DNA from: Candidatus Krumholzibacteriota bacterium
GTDB lineage: Bacteria; Krumholzibacteriota; Krumholzibacteriia; JAJRXK01
Length of the DNA stretch: 64,000 nt
Assembly (NCBI GenBank): GCA_963806035.1
Contig: CAWDWO010000007.1
Span: forward strand, 36,973 to 100,972
Reading direction: 5' to 3'
In this document: piece by piece, positions 41,491 to 51,764 of the stretch
Position numbering within the stretch: position 1 is the first letter of the stretch
How the letters are laid out: each line of letters starts with the position of its first letter
Translations under genes and position numbers: made by a program
Notes under the pieces: generated by a model
The model's database searches: none
The model's input: the letters and a program-made list of their open reading frames with translations, nothing else
Told to the model about the DNA's origin: nothing

Positions 41491-43725
41491 TCATTCGTCC
41501 GGCATATAGTTGTCCGGCGGCCAGAGCTGGGTGATCACGCCGGTGGCTCCCGGATCCAATCCGAGATATGCCGAATAGGTTCTCGAGACGATGCTCGTAC
41601 GCCGTCCCTTGTCGGACATCGGCACCTTGGTCGTGTTGTCACCACAGCTCTCTCTCACGGTGAGAAAGCAATACGGAAAGACCTGACCGGCTTTGGCCGT
41701 TTTTCCCTGAACCCTCAGGTGAATTCTTCCGAGCTGCCTTGCCAGCACGACTCCCAACTCGTAATACGGTCCCTCGGTTCCGGTGTCCGGGTTGATCTTC
41801 GCGAAGAGATTCGGGAAACGCCAGAGGAGGTCGGGTACGAAGATCTCGACTCCCTTGCCAGGCACCCCGGCGCTCATTTCCCAGTAATTGCTCGTTCCCG
41901 GAGAGTCCCAGCGACCGAACACGTCGCGTCCCGCCCCCTCTTTCTCCTGATTCAAGGGGTCGTATTCGCTCGCGAGTTGATAGGTCCAGGACTCCACCGA
42001 ACCCTCCGGCTCGCGCGCATCCGCCCGCCCCTCGAATCGCACCGTGTAGCGAATGATCTTCCCCTGCACCACGAACGCACTGTCATTCGGCTTGGTGGCG
42101 GAGAAGACGTACTTCGAGCCGTCCCAATAACGCAAGGTACCCGAGGGCGTGTTGTCGGAATTGGCCGTGTAGTCCACGGTGTTCGAGGGCCAACGTTGCG
42201 ACAGGAAAGTCGGATCCTTGATCACCAGACTGTCGGTGTTCGCCGGCGAGACCGAGGTGAGAACCGGAATGAAACCCGCCACGAAGTTGAAAGTGGGGGG
42301 CGTCGGGTCCTTGCGCAGGAGCTCGTCCTCGGCGCGGAAGGACATGGAGTAGTCGAAGGGTCCCACGTGAAAGCCCAGCGTGTCCGCACGTTCGGCGGGA
42401 CTGTAGGAGGACTTCCAGAAGTAATTCGCTCCGCGGTCGTTCGTCGCGCGGGCGTCCTCGATCCTGGTCTGGTAGCTGACCTCGCTATCGGGATTGGAGC
42501 TCAAGTTCGGGTAGTCGCAGCAAGGCAGGCCCGCGAGCAGGGGATCGTTCCGATTGCGCTCGAAGCGATCGACTCCTCGCTGTTTGAACTGCACGTACGC
42601 CTTGTCCGGTACCGTGTCCCCTTCGCTGAAATTGATCCAGTTGACGCCGTCGGTCGTGTACCGCGGCCACTGCGAATCCTTGATCAGCTCGGTCTCGGGC
42701 GGATAATTGACGTTGTACCTCAACTCTCCCGAGAGAGCCGTGCTCTGCACCAGAGCTTCATCCAGCGCCGCCACCTTCAACAGATGGAAGCCGGAGGCCC
42801 ACATGCGCAGTTCGGGACAGTCGCCCCAACCCGAATTGCAGCCCGCCGGGAGGTTGTTCGGATCGATTTCTTCGTCGTTCTGGTAGTCGAAGCAGGTGGT
42901 GTCCAACGACCAGCTCTCGACTTCACGGCCCAGATCGGGATCGTAAGTCGTCGGATAGAACAGGGCGTCCTGCAGGTCCGACGCTTTATAACGATATCCG
43001 GTGATGGCGCCGTTGGGCGATGAGGCTTCCCAGCAGATGCGGAAGTGATTGGCGAAACCGATGAAGGGTTCCTCAGTCGTCTCCGGCGAGATCAGGTTTG
43101 GATCGGGGGCCCAGGGCCATATCACGTTTCCTGCGAGCTTCGGACCGTCCGGGGTTCCCACCCAACGTTCCGTCTCCTGCCCGGATTCATCGATGGTAGT
43201 TACGCGGAAGCGAATGACCGGATTCCCCAGGCTGTTGTTGAAGAAGTGCAAGCGCGCGGGAGTGGGATCGATCGCTCCCCTGTCGTCCACCGCGACGATG
43301 TGGAAAGTGATGTCCTTGGAAGTGTTGGATTCTCGGTCGATGGTGAAGACGAAGACCGAATCGGTCTTGGAGGTATAACCGACCACCCTCCCGTCGGTCT
43401 GCCTCAGGGTGAGCGCGTCGTCGGCGGGATCGAAGCGCTGATCTTCCTCATCCACGTCCGGCCTCGTCAAGTCGCGCACCGTCGAATCGGTGATGGCGAA
43501 GATGAACTTCACCACCTCCCCGTCCACGTCGTTACCGTACCAATACATGTGGCGGTTGAAGACCGTACCGGTAGTCTCCGCCGGCGCTCCCGTCACGAAG
43601 GTGTCCGGTGGAATGTTGACGATGATCGGTTCGGGGTCGAAGGCCCGGCACCCGTAGAAGACCACGAGAAAAAGCAGCAGCAACAGCGCCGCGGAGGCAA
43701 ATCTCGATTCGATTCGGCGTACCAT
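41491..43725 (-). CDS. Large hypothetical lipoprotein B (paralog of lipoprotein A)
   Basis: Signal peptide/lipobox MVRRIESRFASAALLLLLFLVVFYGC. 744 aa, beta-rich with many Trp/Tyr/Asp/Pro residues. The N-terminal domain is homologous to lipoprotein A. Confidence 0.6.
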   Translation of the reverse strand: MVRRIESRFASAALLLLLFLVVFYGCRAFDPEPIIVNIPPDTFVTGAPAETTGTVFNRHMYWYGNDVDGEVVKFIFAITDSTVRDLTRPDVDEEDQRFDPADDALTLRQTDGRVVGYTSKTDSVFVFTIDRESNTSKDITFHIVAVDDRGAIDPTPARLHFFNNSLGNPVIRFRVTTIDESGQETERWVGTPDGPKLAGNVIWPWAPDPNLISPETTEEPFIGFANHFRICWEASSPNGAITGYRYKASDLQDALFYPTTYDPDLGREVESWSLDTTCFDYQNDEEIDPNNLPAGCNSGWGDCPELRMWASGFHLLKVAALDEALVQSTALSGELRYNVNYPPETELIKDSQWPRYTTDGVNWINFSEGDTVPDKAYVQFKQRGVDRFERNRNDPLLAGLPCCDYPNLSSNPDSEVSYQTRIEDARATNDRGANYFWKSSYSPAERADTLGFHVGPFDYSMSFRAEDELLRKDPTPPTFNFVAGFIPVLTSVSPANTDSLVIKDPTFLSQRWPSNTVDYTANSDNTPSGTLRYWDGSKYVFSATKPNDSAFVVQGKIIRYTVRFEGRADAREPEGSVESWTYQLASEYDPLNQEKEGAGRDVFGRWDSPGTSNYWEMSAGVPGKGVEIFVPDLLWRFPNLFAKINPDTGTEGPYYELGVVLARQLGRIHLRVQGKTAKAGQVFPYCFLTVRESCGDNTTKVPMSDKGRRTSIVSRTYSAYLGLDPGATGVITQLWPPDNYMPDE

Positions 43726-43854
43726 AGACTTCCCCGAGCCCCTTGGCTATGACCCCAGCAAAGGGAGCAATTCTAGACTCTTCGACTCACCAATCCGCCA
43801 CCCGGTGGGGCCTGGGTGCGTACAATTCGCGGACTTCCGACTTAAGCCGCTGGA

Positions 43855-43884
43855 AATATAGGGCTTCGCCAGCGTCACTGTCAA
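43855..43884 (-). promoter_or_regulatory. Sigma-70-like promoter (TTGACA-18 nt-TATATT) upstream of the lipoprotein B / lipoprotein A / BNR operon
   Basis: Read on the minus strand: TTGACAgtgacgctggcgaagcccTATATT. The -35 element is at 43879-43884 and the -10 at 43855-43860. It is ~130 nt upstream of the lipoprotein B start codon, in a 269-nt intergenic region. Confidence 0.45.
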
Positions 43885-43994
43885 CACCTCCATCCCGAGG
43901 GAGAAAGGCAATAAACACCTTTGTTGACAGGGAGTTATGCCGCCGGAGGGATGATCTGCGCCGCCCCCCTCCCCATGGGGGGTACTGGCCCCAT

Positions 43995-46169
43995 TCAATT
44001 GGCCGGAAGCCGGCTGAGATCGGCGAAGCGCGCAAAAAGGTAGTGCAGGGACTCGAGCCAATCCAGGCGCCGCGCCCGCAGAGCGGGATCGGGCGCATTG
44101 ACCAGGACTTCGACGAAGTAGCGATCGATGGGCTGCCCGAGGGTCGCCAAGGACTCATAGGCCAGAGTGTAGTCGCTCGCAGCGAGCGCTTTCTCGAGCT
44201 GCGGCAGAATCTGCTGAGCCGCTTCGACCAGCTTCTGCTCGGCCTCGTCCTCCTGCTCTTTGGCGCGGTAGCTCTTCAGCTCACCCTTCTCCCAGCGCGA
44301 CCGTGACTCGCGCTGCAGCGCCTGCGCCCGCTCCTGGGGCTCGAGAGATTCCTCCGCAAGCCGGTCCGCCTTCACCAGGATGTTGCGGCACCGTCGCGCC
44401 CCTTCGATGAGCATCTGAAAGGTCTCGCTCCCCTGGAGTTTGGCCAGGTCCTCGCTGGCGCGGGCGTTCTCGACCGGATCCAGCGGGAAGACCGAGAGCA
44501 CCGCCTGTACGATCTCGGCTGGAAGTTCCTGAAGGAGGGTTTCCAGCCGACCCCAGAAGAGGCCGGTGATCACCGAGGCAGCCTTCTGCACCGTCTCCCG
44601 TGGTTGCGAATAGTTCCGCAGGCTCTTGTCGATCCAGCCCGTGAGATCACACCGCAATTCGTTCTGGCTCAAAATGCGCAGGATCGCCAGGGCCTGACGC
44701 CGAAGCGCATAGGGATCCTGACTTCCGGTGGGAATGAAGCCGGCGAGCACACAACCTGCGAGGGTGTCGAGGCGATCGGCCAGGGCCACCACCTGGCCCA
44801 GCTCACCCTCGGGAAGCCTGTCGTCCGCAAAACGGGGATAGAGGTGTTCGGCGATCGCGTCCGCGACATCCTCGTCCTCCCCTGCGGCCAGGGCGTAATA
44901 GCGCCCCATGACCCCCTGCAGCTTGGTGAACTCCTTACCGTCCTTGATCATCTCGGTGGCCAGATCGCTCTTGGACAAGAGCCCGGCGCGATGGACCTTC
45001 TCCCGGGGCAGATTCGGCATGAGAGCTTCTGCGAGTTCACAGGCGAGTCCCGCCACGCGATGGCACTTGTCACCCACCGAACCAAAGCCCTCGATCCAGA
45101 CGACGGAGCCCAATCGACGCAGTTTTTCTTCGCTGCTCTGCGCCTTGTCCTCGTTCCAGTAGAAGACCGCATCTTCCAGACGGGCGCGCAACACGCGTTC
45201 ATTCCCTTCCTTCACGTTCTTTCGGCCTTCGTCCGCGCCGTCTCGAAAGGTGAGGAAGTGCGGGAGAAGCGCGCCCTCGCTCGACTCCACGCTGAAGTAG
45301 CGCTGATGGGCGCGCATGGCGGTGATGATGACTTCCCGCGGCAGAACTTGGGTCATGGCCGGGTCGAAATCACCGCGCACCCCGCGGGGGTGCTCAGCCA
45401 GGTACACCAGCTCTTGCAGAAGTTCGCCGTCCTCGTGAACGCGACCTCCGATTTCTTCGGCCAGCTGTCCAGCCTCGCTTTCGATGAGCTTCCGCCGCCG
45501 AGATGGGCGGACGATGACCGAAGCTTCGGCCAGGCAGGCCTCGTAGGACTTGGCATCGGGCAACTCTACCCGCCCCCCATGCAGAGTGCGATGTCCGCGG
45601 GTCTCGCGGCCGGCCCGAAGCGGAGTCAGCTGCAAGGGCACGAGCTCCTCGCCCAAAAGACAGACCAGCCAACGAATGGGCCGCGCGTAACTCAGGTCGT
45701 TGCCGGGAATCCAGCGCATGGTCTTGGGGAAACCCAGATTCACGAGGCGGCGCAGGAGCCCTCCCTCTTGCAAGAGATCCAGGGTTCGTTCGCCGCCGAG
45801 TTCGAGTTCGATGCCCAAGCGCTCGCCCTTTTCCTGCGGGATGCGCCGCAGGTCCTCGACTTTCACTCCCACACTGCGCGCGAATCCTTCGGCTGCCTTG
45901 GTCGGCTTTCCTTGCGCATCGAAGGCCGCGTTCACCGCGGGGCCCAGCTTCAGACTCTTGGTGCGCGGTGTCGCCAGTGCAACTTCATGAACCAATACGG
46001 CGATCCTGCGCGGAGTTGCGAAGGATTCCACCTTGTCTGCGGGAAAATCGATCCCCTTTTCCTTCAGAAAGGCGCTCACCCTCTCGACCAGAACTTTGCG
46101 AGCGCGATCGAGATAGCCGGCCGGGATTTCCTCACTGCCGATTTCCAGCAGAAACTCGCTTCTATCCAC
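43995..46169 (-). CDS. glyS: Glycine--tRNA ligase beta subunit
   Basis: The N-terminus [16 protein letters not shown] matches GlyS (E. coli MSEKTFLVEIGTEELPP). It ends with an anticodon-binding/DALR-like C-terminus. The start is a GTG at 46169, 2 nt after the glyQ stop. Confidence 0.9.
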   Translation of the reverse strand: MDRSEFLLEIGSEEIPAGYLDRARKVLVERVSAFLKEKGIDFPADKVESFATPRRIAVLVHEVALATPRTKSLKLGPAVNAAFDAQGKPTKAAEGFARSVGVKVEDLRRIPQEKGERLGIELELGGERTLDLLQEGGLLRRLVNLGFPKTMRWIPGNDLSYARPIRWLVCLLGEELVPLQLTPLRAGRETRGHRTLHGGRVELPDAKSYEACLAEASVIVRPSRRRKLIESEAGQLAEEIGGRVHEDGELLQELVYLAEHPRGVRGDFDPAMTQVLPREVIITAMRAHQRYFSVESSEGALLPHFLTFRDGADEGRKNVKEGNERVLRARLEDAVFYWNEDKAQSSEEKLRRLGSVVWIEGFGSVGDKCHRVAGLACELAEALMPNLPREKVHRAGLLSKSDLATEMIKDGKEFTKLQGVMGRYYALAAGEDEDVADAIAEHLYPRFADDRLPEGELGQVVALADRLDTLAGCVLAGFIPTGSQDPYALRRQALAILRILSQNELRCDLTGWIDKSLRNYSQPRETVQKAASVITGLFWGRLETLLQELPAEIVQAVLSVFPLDPVENARASEDLAKLQGSETFQMLIEGARRCRNILVKADRLAEESLEPQERAQALQRESRSRWEKGELKSYRAKEQEDEAEQKLVEAAQQILPQLEKALAASDYTLAYESLATLGQPIDRYFVEVLVNAPDPALRARRLDWLESLHYLFARFADLSRLPAN

Positions 46170-47046
46170 GGCCCACCTTCTTGAGCAGGGGGAAACCCAT
46201 CTCTTCCCGCTTGGCGACATAGGCTTTCGCGGCCAGGCGGGCGAGTCTGCGCACCCGTGCGATATAACCCGTGCGCTCGGTGACGCTTATGGCGCCGCAA
46301 GCTTCCAAGAGGTTGAAATAGTGACTGCACTTGGTCACCGCATCGTAGCCGGGGAAGACCAGACCCTTTTCCAGAAGAATTTCCGCTTCCTTCTCCCGCT
46401 CCTCGAACCAACGAAAATAGAGTTTGGTGTCGACCCATTTGAAATTGAACTCGCTGAATTCACGCTCCGACTGGCCGTTCACCTCGCCCCAGGTAACGCC
46501 CCCTCCCCAATTCAGGTCCATGACGTGATTGCAGTCCTGGATGTACATGGCCAGGCGCAAAAGGCCGTAGGTGAGTTCGCAGCTCACCGGCTCCAGTTCC
46601 AATCCACCACACTGCTGGAAATAGGTGAACTGCGTGACTTCCATGCCGTCCAACCAGACTTCCCAGCCGAGCCCGGCCGCGCCCAGAGTCGGACTCTCCC
46701 AGTCGTCTTCCACGAAACGGACGTCGTGCGCTTTGGGATCGATTCCGATCGCGCTGAGACTGCTGAGATAGAGTTCTTGCACATCTTCCGGCGCCGGTTT
46801 GAGCAGCACCTGGTACTGCAGAAACTGCTGCACGCGATTCGGGTTTTCGCCGTAGCGGCCATCCTTGGGCCGCTTGGAGGGCTCGACGTAGGCAACGCGC
46901 CAGGGCTCGGGCCCCAGACACCGCAAGAAAGTGTTGGGATTGAATGTCCCCGCCCCCACCTCGGAGTTGTGGGGTTGCACGATGACGCAGCCCTGTGCCA
47001 TCCAGAACCGCTGCAGTTCGTGGATCATCTCCTGATAGCTTTTCAC
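46162..47046 (-). CDS. glyQ: Glycine--tRNA ligase alpha subunit
   Basis: 294 aa. [37 protein letters not shown] is near-canonical GlyQ. Confidence 0.95.
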   Translation of the reverse strand: MKSYQEMIHELQRFWMAQGCVIVQPHNSEVGAGTFNPNTFLRCLGPEPWRVAYVEPSKRPKDGRYGENPNRVQQFLQYQVLLKPAPEDVQELYLSSLSAIGIDPKAHDVRFVEDDWESPTLGAAGLGWEVWLDGMEVTQFTYFQQCGGLELEPVSCELTYGLLRLAMYIQDCNHVMDLNWGGGVTWGEVNGQSEREFSEFNFKWVDTKLYFRWFEEREKEAEILLEKGLVFPGYDAVTKCSHYFNLLEACGAISVTERTGYIARVRRLARLAAKAYVAKREEMGFPLLKKVGRG

Positions 47047-47825
47047 TGCTTGGCTCCTCGTTCATCTTTGGGAACGCTGAGCCAGTACAGGGCCTTGGGA
47101 ATACGATACTGGGGCAGGTGGTAGCTCATGTGCAGATGAAGGCACTTGCCGATTTGCCTTCGTTGCTGCTCGCTCAACTCCATTGCGTTCTCTCCGTCCA
47201 GCGTCTGATCCAAGGCTCGCCAGGTGTACAGCTCCTCGGCGTTTACCCTCTGCCCCTTGCCCAGGCTGCAGCGAGTGCAGCTCAAATCTCCCTCGTTGGG
47301 CCTGAAGAAGGCTGCGTCGCACTCCATCAGGGAAGCGCCACAAACTCCGCAAGCGTCTAACTTGATCCCCAACCCCAGATTCCACAAGAGCCGCGATTCC
47401 AGGGCGAAGAACAGGGCGGCCACGCCAGGGGAGCCCTCCTCGTGCCAGCGCTGCAAGTAGCCGCGGAAGACTGCCACGACTTCCGGGTCGGGTTCCCTTT
47501 CGGGTAGCAGACGATCCGCCAGTTCCAGGGCGGCGAGAAGGTAGGAGAGCTTATCCAGGCTGCTGGCTCCGGTCAAGACGGCCCGGATCAGGCTCGCCTC
47601 GCTGAGAGTCCAGAGTTCACGATCCTTGCGGGGATAGAACAGAAGCTCGACTTCGTTGCCGGGCTCGAGCACCCCCGTGAGCGGTGAGTTGGGCCTGCGT
47701 ACGCCCTTCGCCACCACTTTGATCTTCCCGTGCTCTTTGCTGAGAGCGCTCACGATGCGAGAGCTCTCCCCCAACTTCAAGCTGCGGAGAACGACCGCCT
47801 CGTCCCGGCATACCCTGCCGCGCAT
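47043..47825 (-). CDS. recO: DNA repair protein RecO
   Basis: The OB-fold N-terminus is (E)[26 protein letters not shown] and the zinc-finger region is CGVCG...CTRC. I chose the internal Met (MRGRV) at 47825 as start; the ORF-track start at 48017 reads into mgtE. Confidence 0.8.
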   Translation of the reverse strand: MRGRVCRDEAVVLRSLKLGESSRIVSALSKEHGKIKVVAKGVRRPNSPLTGVLEPGNEVELLFYPRKDRELWTLSEASLIRAVLTGASSLDKLSYLLAALELADRLLPEREPDPEVVAVFRGYLQRWHEEGSPGVAALFFALESRLLWNLGLGIKLDACGVCGASLMECDAAFFRPNEGDLSCTRCSLGKGQRVNAEELYTWRALDQTLDGENAMELSEQQRRQIGKCLHLHMSYHLPQYRIPKALYWLSVPKDERGAKQ

Positions 47826-47851
47826 GAACCCATCTCCTGAAGTCCGGAGGC

Positions 47852-49210
47852 TCAGAGGCCGAGAAATTTGTGAGCGAGACTCAAGTAGACCAGAAGTCCC
47901 AACACGTCGTTGCTCGTCGTGATAAAAGGACCAGTGGCCAGCGCCGGGTCGACTCCCATCCAATTCAGTATCAAGGGCACGATCGTCCCGATCGAAGTCG
48001 CGACCACGACGACGCACATCAGGGCCATGCCGATCACGAAACCGACGGCAGGATCCTGCCGAAACAGGATCAGAGTCAGCACGAGGATGCCCCCGAGAAG
48101 AAAGCCGTTGAGCAATCCGACGAACACCTCACGCAGAACGTGCCGGCGCGCGCGGAAACGATCAAAATTGCCCGTGGCCAGCGCGCGAATGAGGTTGGAC
48201 GAAGTCTGTACGCCGGAATTTCCCCCCGTCGCCATCACCAGCGGAATGAAGAACGCCAGGATCACCTTCACCTGAAGCCCCGCCTGAAAACGGGAGATCA
48301 CCAGAGCCGAGAGCAACTCGCCCAGAAGGCCCATCATGAGCCAGGGCAGACGCGCCCTGGAGATGGCCTTCACCGAAGTCTGTCCAAACTCTTCCTCGCT
48401 GGAGCCGGCGAAGCGCGCCATGTCCTCGGTCGCTTCCTCCGTCATGACGTCGATCACGTCGTCGACGGTGATGCGACCCACCAAGCGGCGGTTGGTATCG
48501 ACGACAGCCATCGAGAGCAAGTCTCGCCGAGCGAAGAGCTGAGCCACTTTCTCCTGATCCTCCATCACCTCGATGGAGACGGGATCGGGATTCATGACCG
48601 CGGCTGCCTTGGCGTTCGGATCGAGAATGAACACCCTGACGACGGGAATCTGTCCCAGGAGCCGGCCGGCGGAATCGACTACGAACACGAATTGATGGCT
48701 GAGAAGCTCTTCCTCTCCGAGCTTTCTCAGGCCTTCGGCGATCTTACCAACCGTGTACTCCTGATTGACCGACAAGAACTCCTTGGCCATGACTCCGCCG
48801 GCGGAGTCCTCGGGATACCGCAACAGCTCGGAGAGTTCGACCGCGTCTTGATGGTCGACCTGGTCCAGGAGGTCGACCACGCGAAGCGCCTGGTCGTCCT
48901 CCATCTGGGCCACGACGTCGGCAGCGTCATCGCTGTCGAGCGCATCGAGCATCCCCACGATTTCCTGGTCTTTGAGCAGATCCAATAGATCCGGCAGGCT
49001 GCGCTCGTCCAATTCGGTGAGGATCGCGGCCGCGACTTCCGCGGGAAGCAGTCTGAGCACCGCGACTTTGCGCTCGTGATCGAAGCCGCGCAGGATGTCG
49101 GCGACGTCGGCCGGAGTCCGATCCAGAAGGAGACGCGCCGCTCCGTCGACGTCCTCCGCATCGAAGCGCTCGAGGATCTGCTGGAAAAGAGGCTGAAGAT
49201 CTTCGAGCAT
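47852..49210 (-). CDS. mgtE: Magnesium transporter MgtE
   Basis: 452 aa. MgtE N-domain, tandem CBS domains and a C-terminal 5-TM channel domain. Confidence 0.9.
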   Translation of the reverse strand: MLEDLQPLFQQILERFDAEDVDGAARLLLDRTPADVADILRGFDHERKVAVLRLLPAEVAAAILTELDERSLPDLLDLLKDQEIVGMLDALDSDDAADVVAQMEDDQALRVVDLLDQVDHQDAVELSELLRYPEDSAGGVMAKEFLSVNQEYTVGKIAEGLRKLGEEELLSHQFVFVVDSAGRLLGQIPVVRVFILDPNAKAAAVMNPDPVSIEVMEDQEKVAQLFARRDLLSMAVVDTNRRLVGRITVDDVIDVMTEEATEDMARFAGSSEEEFGQTSVKAISRARLPWLMMGLLGELLSALVISRFQAGLQVKVILAFFIPLVMATGGNSGVQTSSNLIRALATGNFDRFRARRHVLREVFVGLLNGFLLGGILVLTLILFRQDPAVGFVIGMALMCVVVVATSIGTIVPLILNWMGVDPALATGPFITTSNDVLGLLVYLSLAHKFLGL

Positions 49211-49231
49211 CTCGCGCGTCCGGGCTAGGGT

Positions 49232-49903
49232 CTAGACATCGCTCAAGTCGGTAAGGCGCTCGGGATGATCGCCGATTCTCGCAAGAACCATCTCCCGGGC
49301 CCGCGGGGAGACCACCGCGCCGCCCGAAATCACCATCTTGAGGCCCTCTTCGATGGAGATGTCTAGCTGAATAGCATCTTCGACGGGAATCAGCAAGAAA
49401 TAGCCGCTGGTGGGGTTGGGCGTCGTGGGCAGGAAGATGTGATAGAGAGCTCTACCACCCGGGTTGTTCAACTCGTTGGTAACGAAGCCCAGGCTCCACG
49501 ATCCACGGCGGGGATATTCGAAGAGGACGACTTTCCGGAAGGCCCGGCTCTGGTCGGCGAAGAGCACCGTGGTGAGTTCCTTGGTGGCGGTGTAGATGCC
49601 CTTGAGAAAGGGAATGCGCGTCACCAGACGATCGAAGGCACTCAGCACTGCCTTTCCGAAAAGGCTGTTGGCCGCCGCTCCCACCGCACTGATGACCAGG
49701 ACGGCAGCCACCAGTCCGATGGCCGTACCTGCGATTTGCGGCAGGTGACCGTGGAGCCATGGCGTGCGCGAGATCCCCGGTCCCAGCCATCCGTCGACCG
49801 TGCGCACGATGAACCACAGCACCCAGAAGGTCACCACGACGGGAATGACGACGACGAGCCCGGTGAGGAAGGCTCGACGAATGCTGCGCAACGGGCGCCT
49901 CAC
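49232..49903 (-). CDS. DUF502 family membrane protein
   Basis: 223 aa. Two N-terminal TM helices and a conserved P.TPNPTSGY-like segment (LPTTPNPTSGYFLLIP). Confidence 0.7.
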   Translation of the reverse strand: MRRPLRSIRRAFLTGLVVVIPVVVTFWVLWFIVRTVDGWLGPGISRTPWLHGHLPQIAGTAIGLVAAVLVISAVGAAANSLFGKAVLSAFDRLVTRIPFLKGIYTATKELTTVLFADQSRAFRKVVLFEYPRRGSWSLGFVTNELNNPGGRALYHIFLPTTPNPTSGYFLLIPVEDAIQLDISIEEGLKMVISGGAVVSPRAREMVLARIGDHPERLTDLSDV

Positions 49904-51210
49904 GACTCCTGCTCCGGGGAACTCCCGTTGCCCTCTTCGCGAGGCGAGAGCACACGCTCGCTGACGAGCGTGACCTGGAGCATGCGCTGCCTTTCCACGC
50001 GATCGATGGTGAAGCGGAGGCCCTGGTATTCCACGCCGTCTCCTCGACTCGGAACTTTCCCCAATTCCGCGTAGAGGAAACCACCGAGGGTGTCGCTATC
50101 CTCGGTGGGAAGAGCCAGCCCCAATTCCTCGTTCAAGTCATCGAGATCGATGCGAGGATCGAGGATCGCGTGGTGATCGTCGAGTACACGGATGCGCTCG
50201 CCTTCCTGGTCGAACTCATCGCGAATCTCGCCGACGATCTCCTCGAGAATGTCTTCCATGGTGACGATGCCCGCCGTCCCCCCGTACTCGTCGACCACGA
50301 CCGCGAGATGAACCCTCTGTTCGCGAAACTCGCGCAGGGCTTCGTCCACGCTTTTGCTCTCGGGCAAAAAGTGCACCGGACGCAAGAGTTGACGCAGCGT
50401 GGGCATCTCGCTCCTGGCGCGAGCGACCAGCAGATCCTTCGTGTGCAGGATGCCCAAGATCGTGTCCTGGTTCTGTTCCCACACCGGCAGACGCGTGTAG
50501 GGCTGGTTCACCGCGAAGCTCTCCGCATCGGCGAAGCTCGTGTTCACGTCGAGACCCTGCACGTCCACCCTGGGCACCATGATCTCGCGGATTTCGGTGT
50601 CTCTCAAATCGAAGATGGAACGCACCAGGTCGCGCTCCTCCTCCTCCATTTCCACTTCGGCGTCCTCATCGGCAAGGATCGCGCGCAGCTCGCCTCCGCT
50701 CAGGGGTGGAGAGATGTCCATCGCACCCAGTTCCGGAGCTACTTTTGCCACAGAGAACCAGAGCAGACGAGTGAAGGGCGCGAACACGGCGAGAACGAGC
50801 GAAGCCAGCGGCAAGGTGGCGCGAGCGAAGGCCGCGGGACGGGAGAGAGCCAGCGACTTGAACAACAGGCTACCCAAAACCAGGAGCGCGAAGAACACGA
50901 TCCAGGCCAGAATCCACAGGAGGGCGCGCCATTGCAGTGCTGCCAGAATTTTCGCAAGGAGCGCCGCGCTGAGACAGGCCACGACGAGATGCGAACTCGA
51001 AAGCGAAAGGAGCAGATCCTTGGACCGTGAGATGAGGCCCCTTATTGGCCGGGGCAGATCCTCGTCGCTCAGCAGTCCCTCGCGCCGCATTCGTAAGAGG
51101 GTCACGTAGGAGCTGATCATTCCGGCCACTAGGAAGCAGAGCAAGAGCCCGCTGAAAAAGAGCAAGAGATCCGATCCGATGAGCCCGTGATCCAGATCGC
51201 CTTCGTTCAC
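49900..51210 (-). CDS. CNNM/CorC-family transporter (DUF21-CBS pair-CorC_HlyC; TlyC-like hemolysin-type)
   Basis: 436 aa. N-terminal 4-TM DUF21, two CBS domains and a C-terminal CorC/HlyC transporter-associated domain. Confidence 0.85.
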   Translation of the reverse strand: MNEGDLDHGLIGSDLLLFFSGLLLCFLVAGMISSYVTLLRMRREGLLSDEDLPRPIRGLISRSKDLLLSLSSSHLVVACLSAALLAKILAALQWRALLWILAWIVFFALLVLGSLLFKSLALSRPAAFARATLPLASLVLAVFAPFTRLLWFSVAKVAPELGAMDISPPLSGGELRAILADEDAEVEMEEEERDLVRSIFDLRDTEIREIMVPRVDVQGLDVNTSFADAESFAVNQPYTRLPVWEQNQDTILGILHTKDLLVARARSEMPTLRQLLRPVHFLPESKSVDEALREFREQRVHLAVVVDEYGGTAGIVTMEDILEEIVGEIRDEFDQEGERIRVLDDHHAILDPRIDLDDLNEELGLALPTEDSDTLGGFLYAELGKVPSRGDGVEYQGLRFTIDRVERQRMLQVTLVSERVLSPREEGNGSSPEQES

Positions 51211-51764
51211 CTACTCGCTCCTCCTTCTGATCCTCCGAGAGGCTCTTCTCGAGGGGCCCTGAGAATTGTTTCCTGTGCGTCTTCCATCTCCTGAGCATCC
51301 TCATCGTTCATGTGGTCGTACCCGAGAGTATGAAGCATGCCGTGGATCGCGAGAAACTGGAATTCTTCGCCGTCACCGTGATCGCGCCGGATGTCTCTAT
51401 TTTGCATGGTCTCCACGCTGATGAGAACCTGGCCGACCACGATCTCCTCTTCCTGCGATTCGGGACTGAAATCGCGCGCCTGTCGTTTCCCCTGCAGCAG
51501 ATCCCGCCGAAAGCTCTCGTGCCCCTCCAGATAGGAGAAGGAAAGTACGTCAGTCGCTCGATCCTTGTTGCGATAGTCGCGATTGAGCCGGCGGATCACC
51601 CGGTCGTCGGTGAGCACGACTTCTAGAATCCCGTCGGAGGGGCCGAAACCGGCGATCAAGCGACGCAGTTGGTTCTCTGCTTCAACGTCTGGTAGCCACG
51701 GAGTCCTGTCCCCGTCGACCGCGAGCTCGAGTCTCAATGCTCTCCTTCTCCTTCTTGTCCTCAT
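51207..51764 (-). CDS. ybeY: Endoribonuclease YbeY (rRNA maturation factor)
   Basis: Zinc-binding motif HGMLHTLGYDH. The start is uncertain. I chose the Met at 51764, and the ORF extends to 51791. It overlaps the 3' end of pgpH. Confidence 0.8.
   Translation of the reverse strand: MRTRRRRRALRLELAVDGDRTPWLPDVEAENQLRRLIAGFGPSDGILEVVLTDDRVIRRLNRDYRNKDRATDVLSFSYLEGHESFRRDLLQGKRQARDFSPESQEEEIVVGQVLISVETMQNRDIRRDHGDGEEFQFLAIHGMLHTLGYDHMNDEDAQEMEDAQETILRAPREEPLGGSEGGASR

Noticed and set aside
43921-43952. Plus-strand TTGACA (43924-43929) as a promoter
   Set aside because: No plus-strand gene lies downstream and no acceptable -10 element sits at a 16-19 nt spacing. The minus-strand promoter in the same gap is better supported.
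43971-43980. Perfect palindrome CCCCATGGGG just downstream of the glyS stop as a terminator
   Set aside because: It is too short for a stable stem with a loop and is not followed by a U-tract on the minus strand. It may be a restriction-site-like coincidence (NcoI core).
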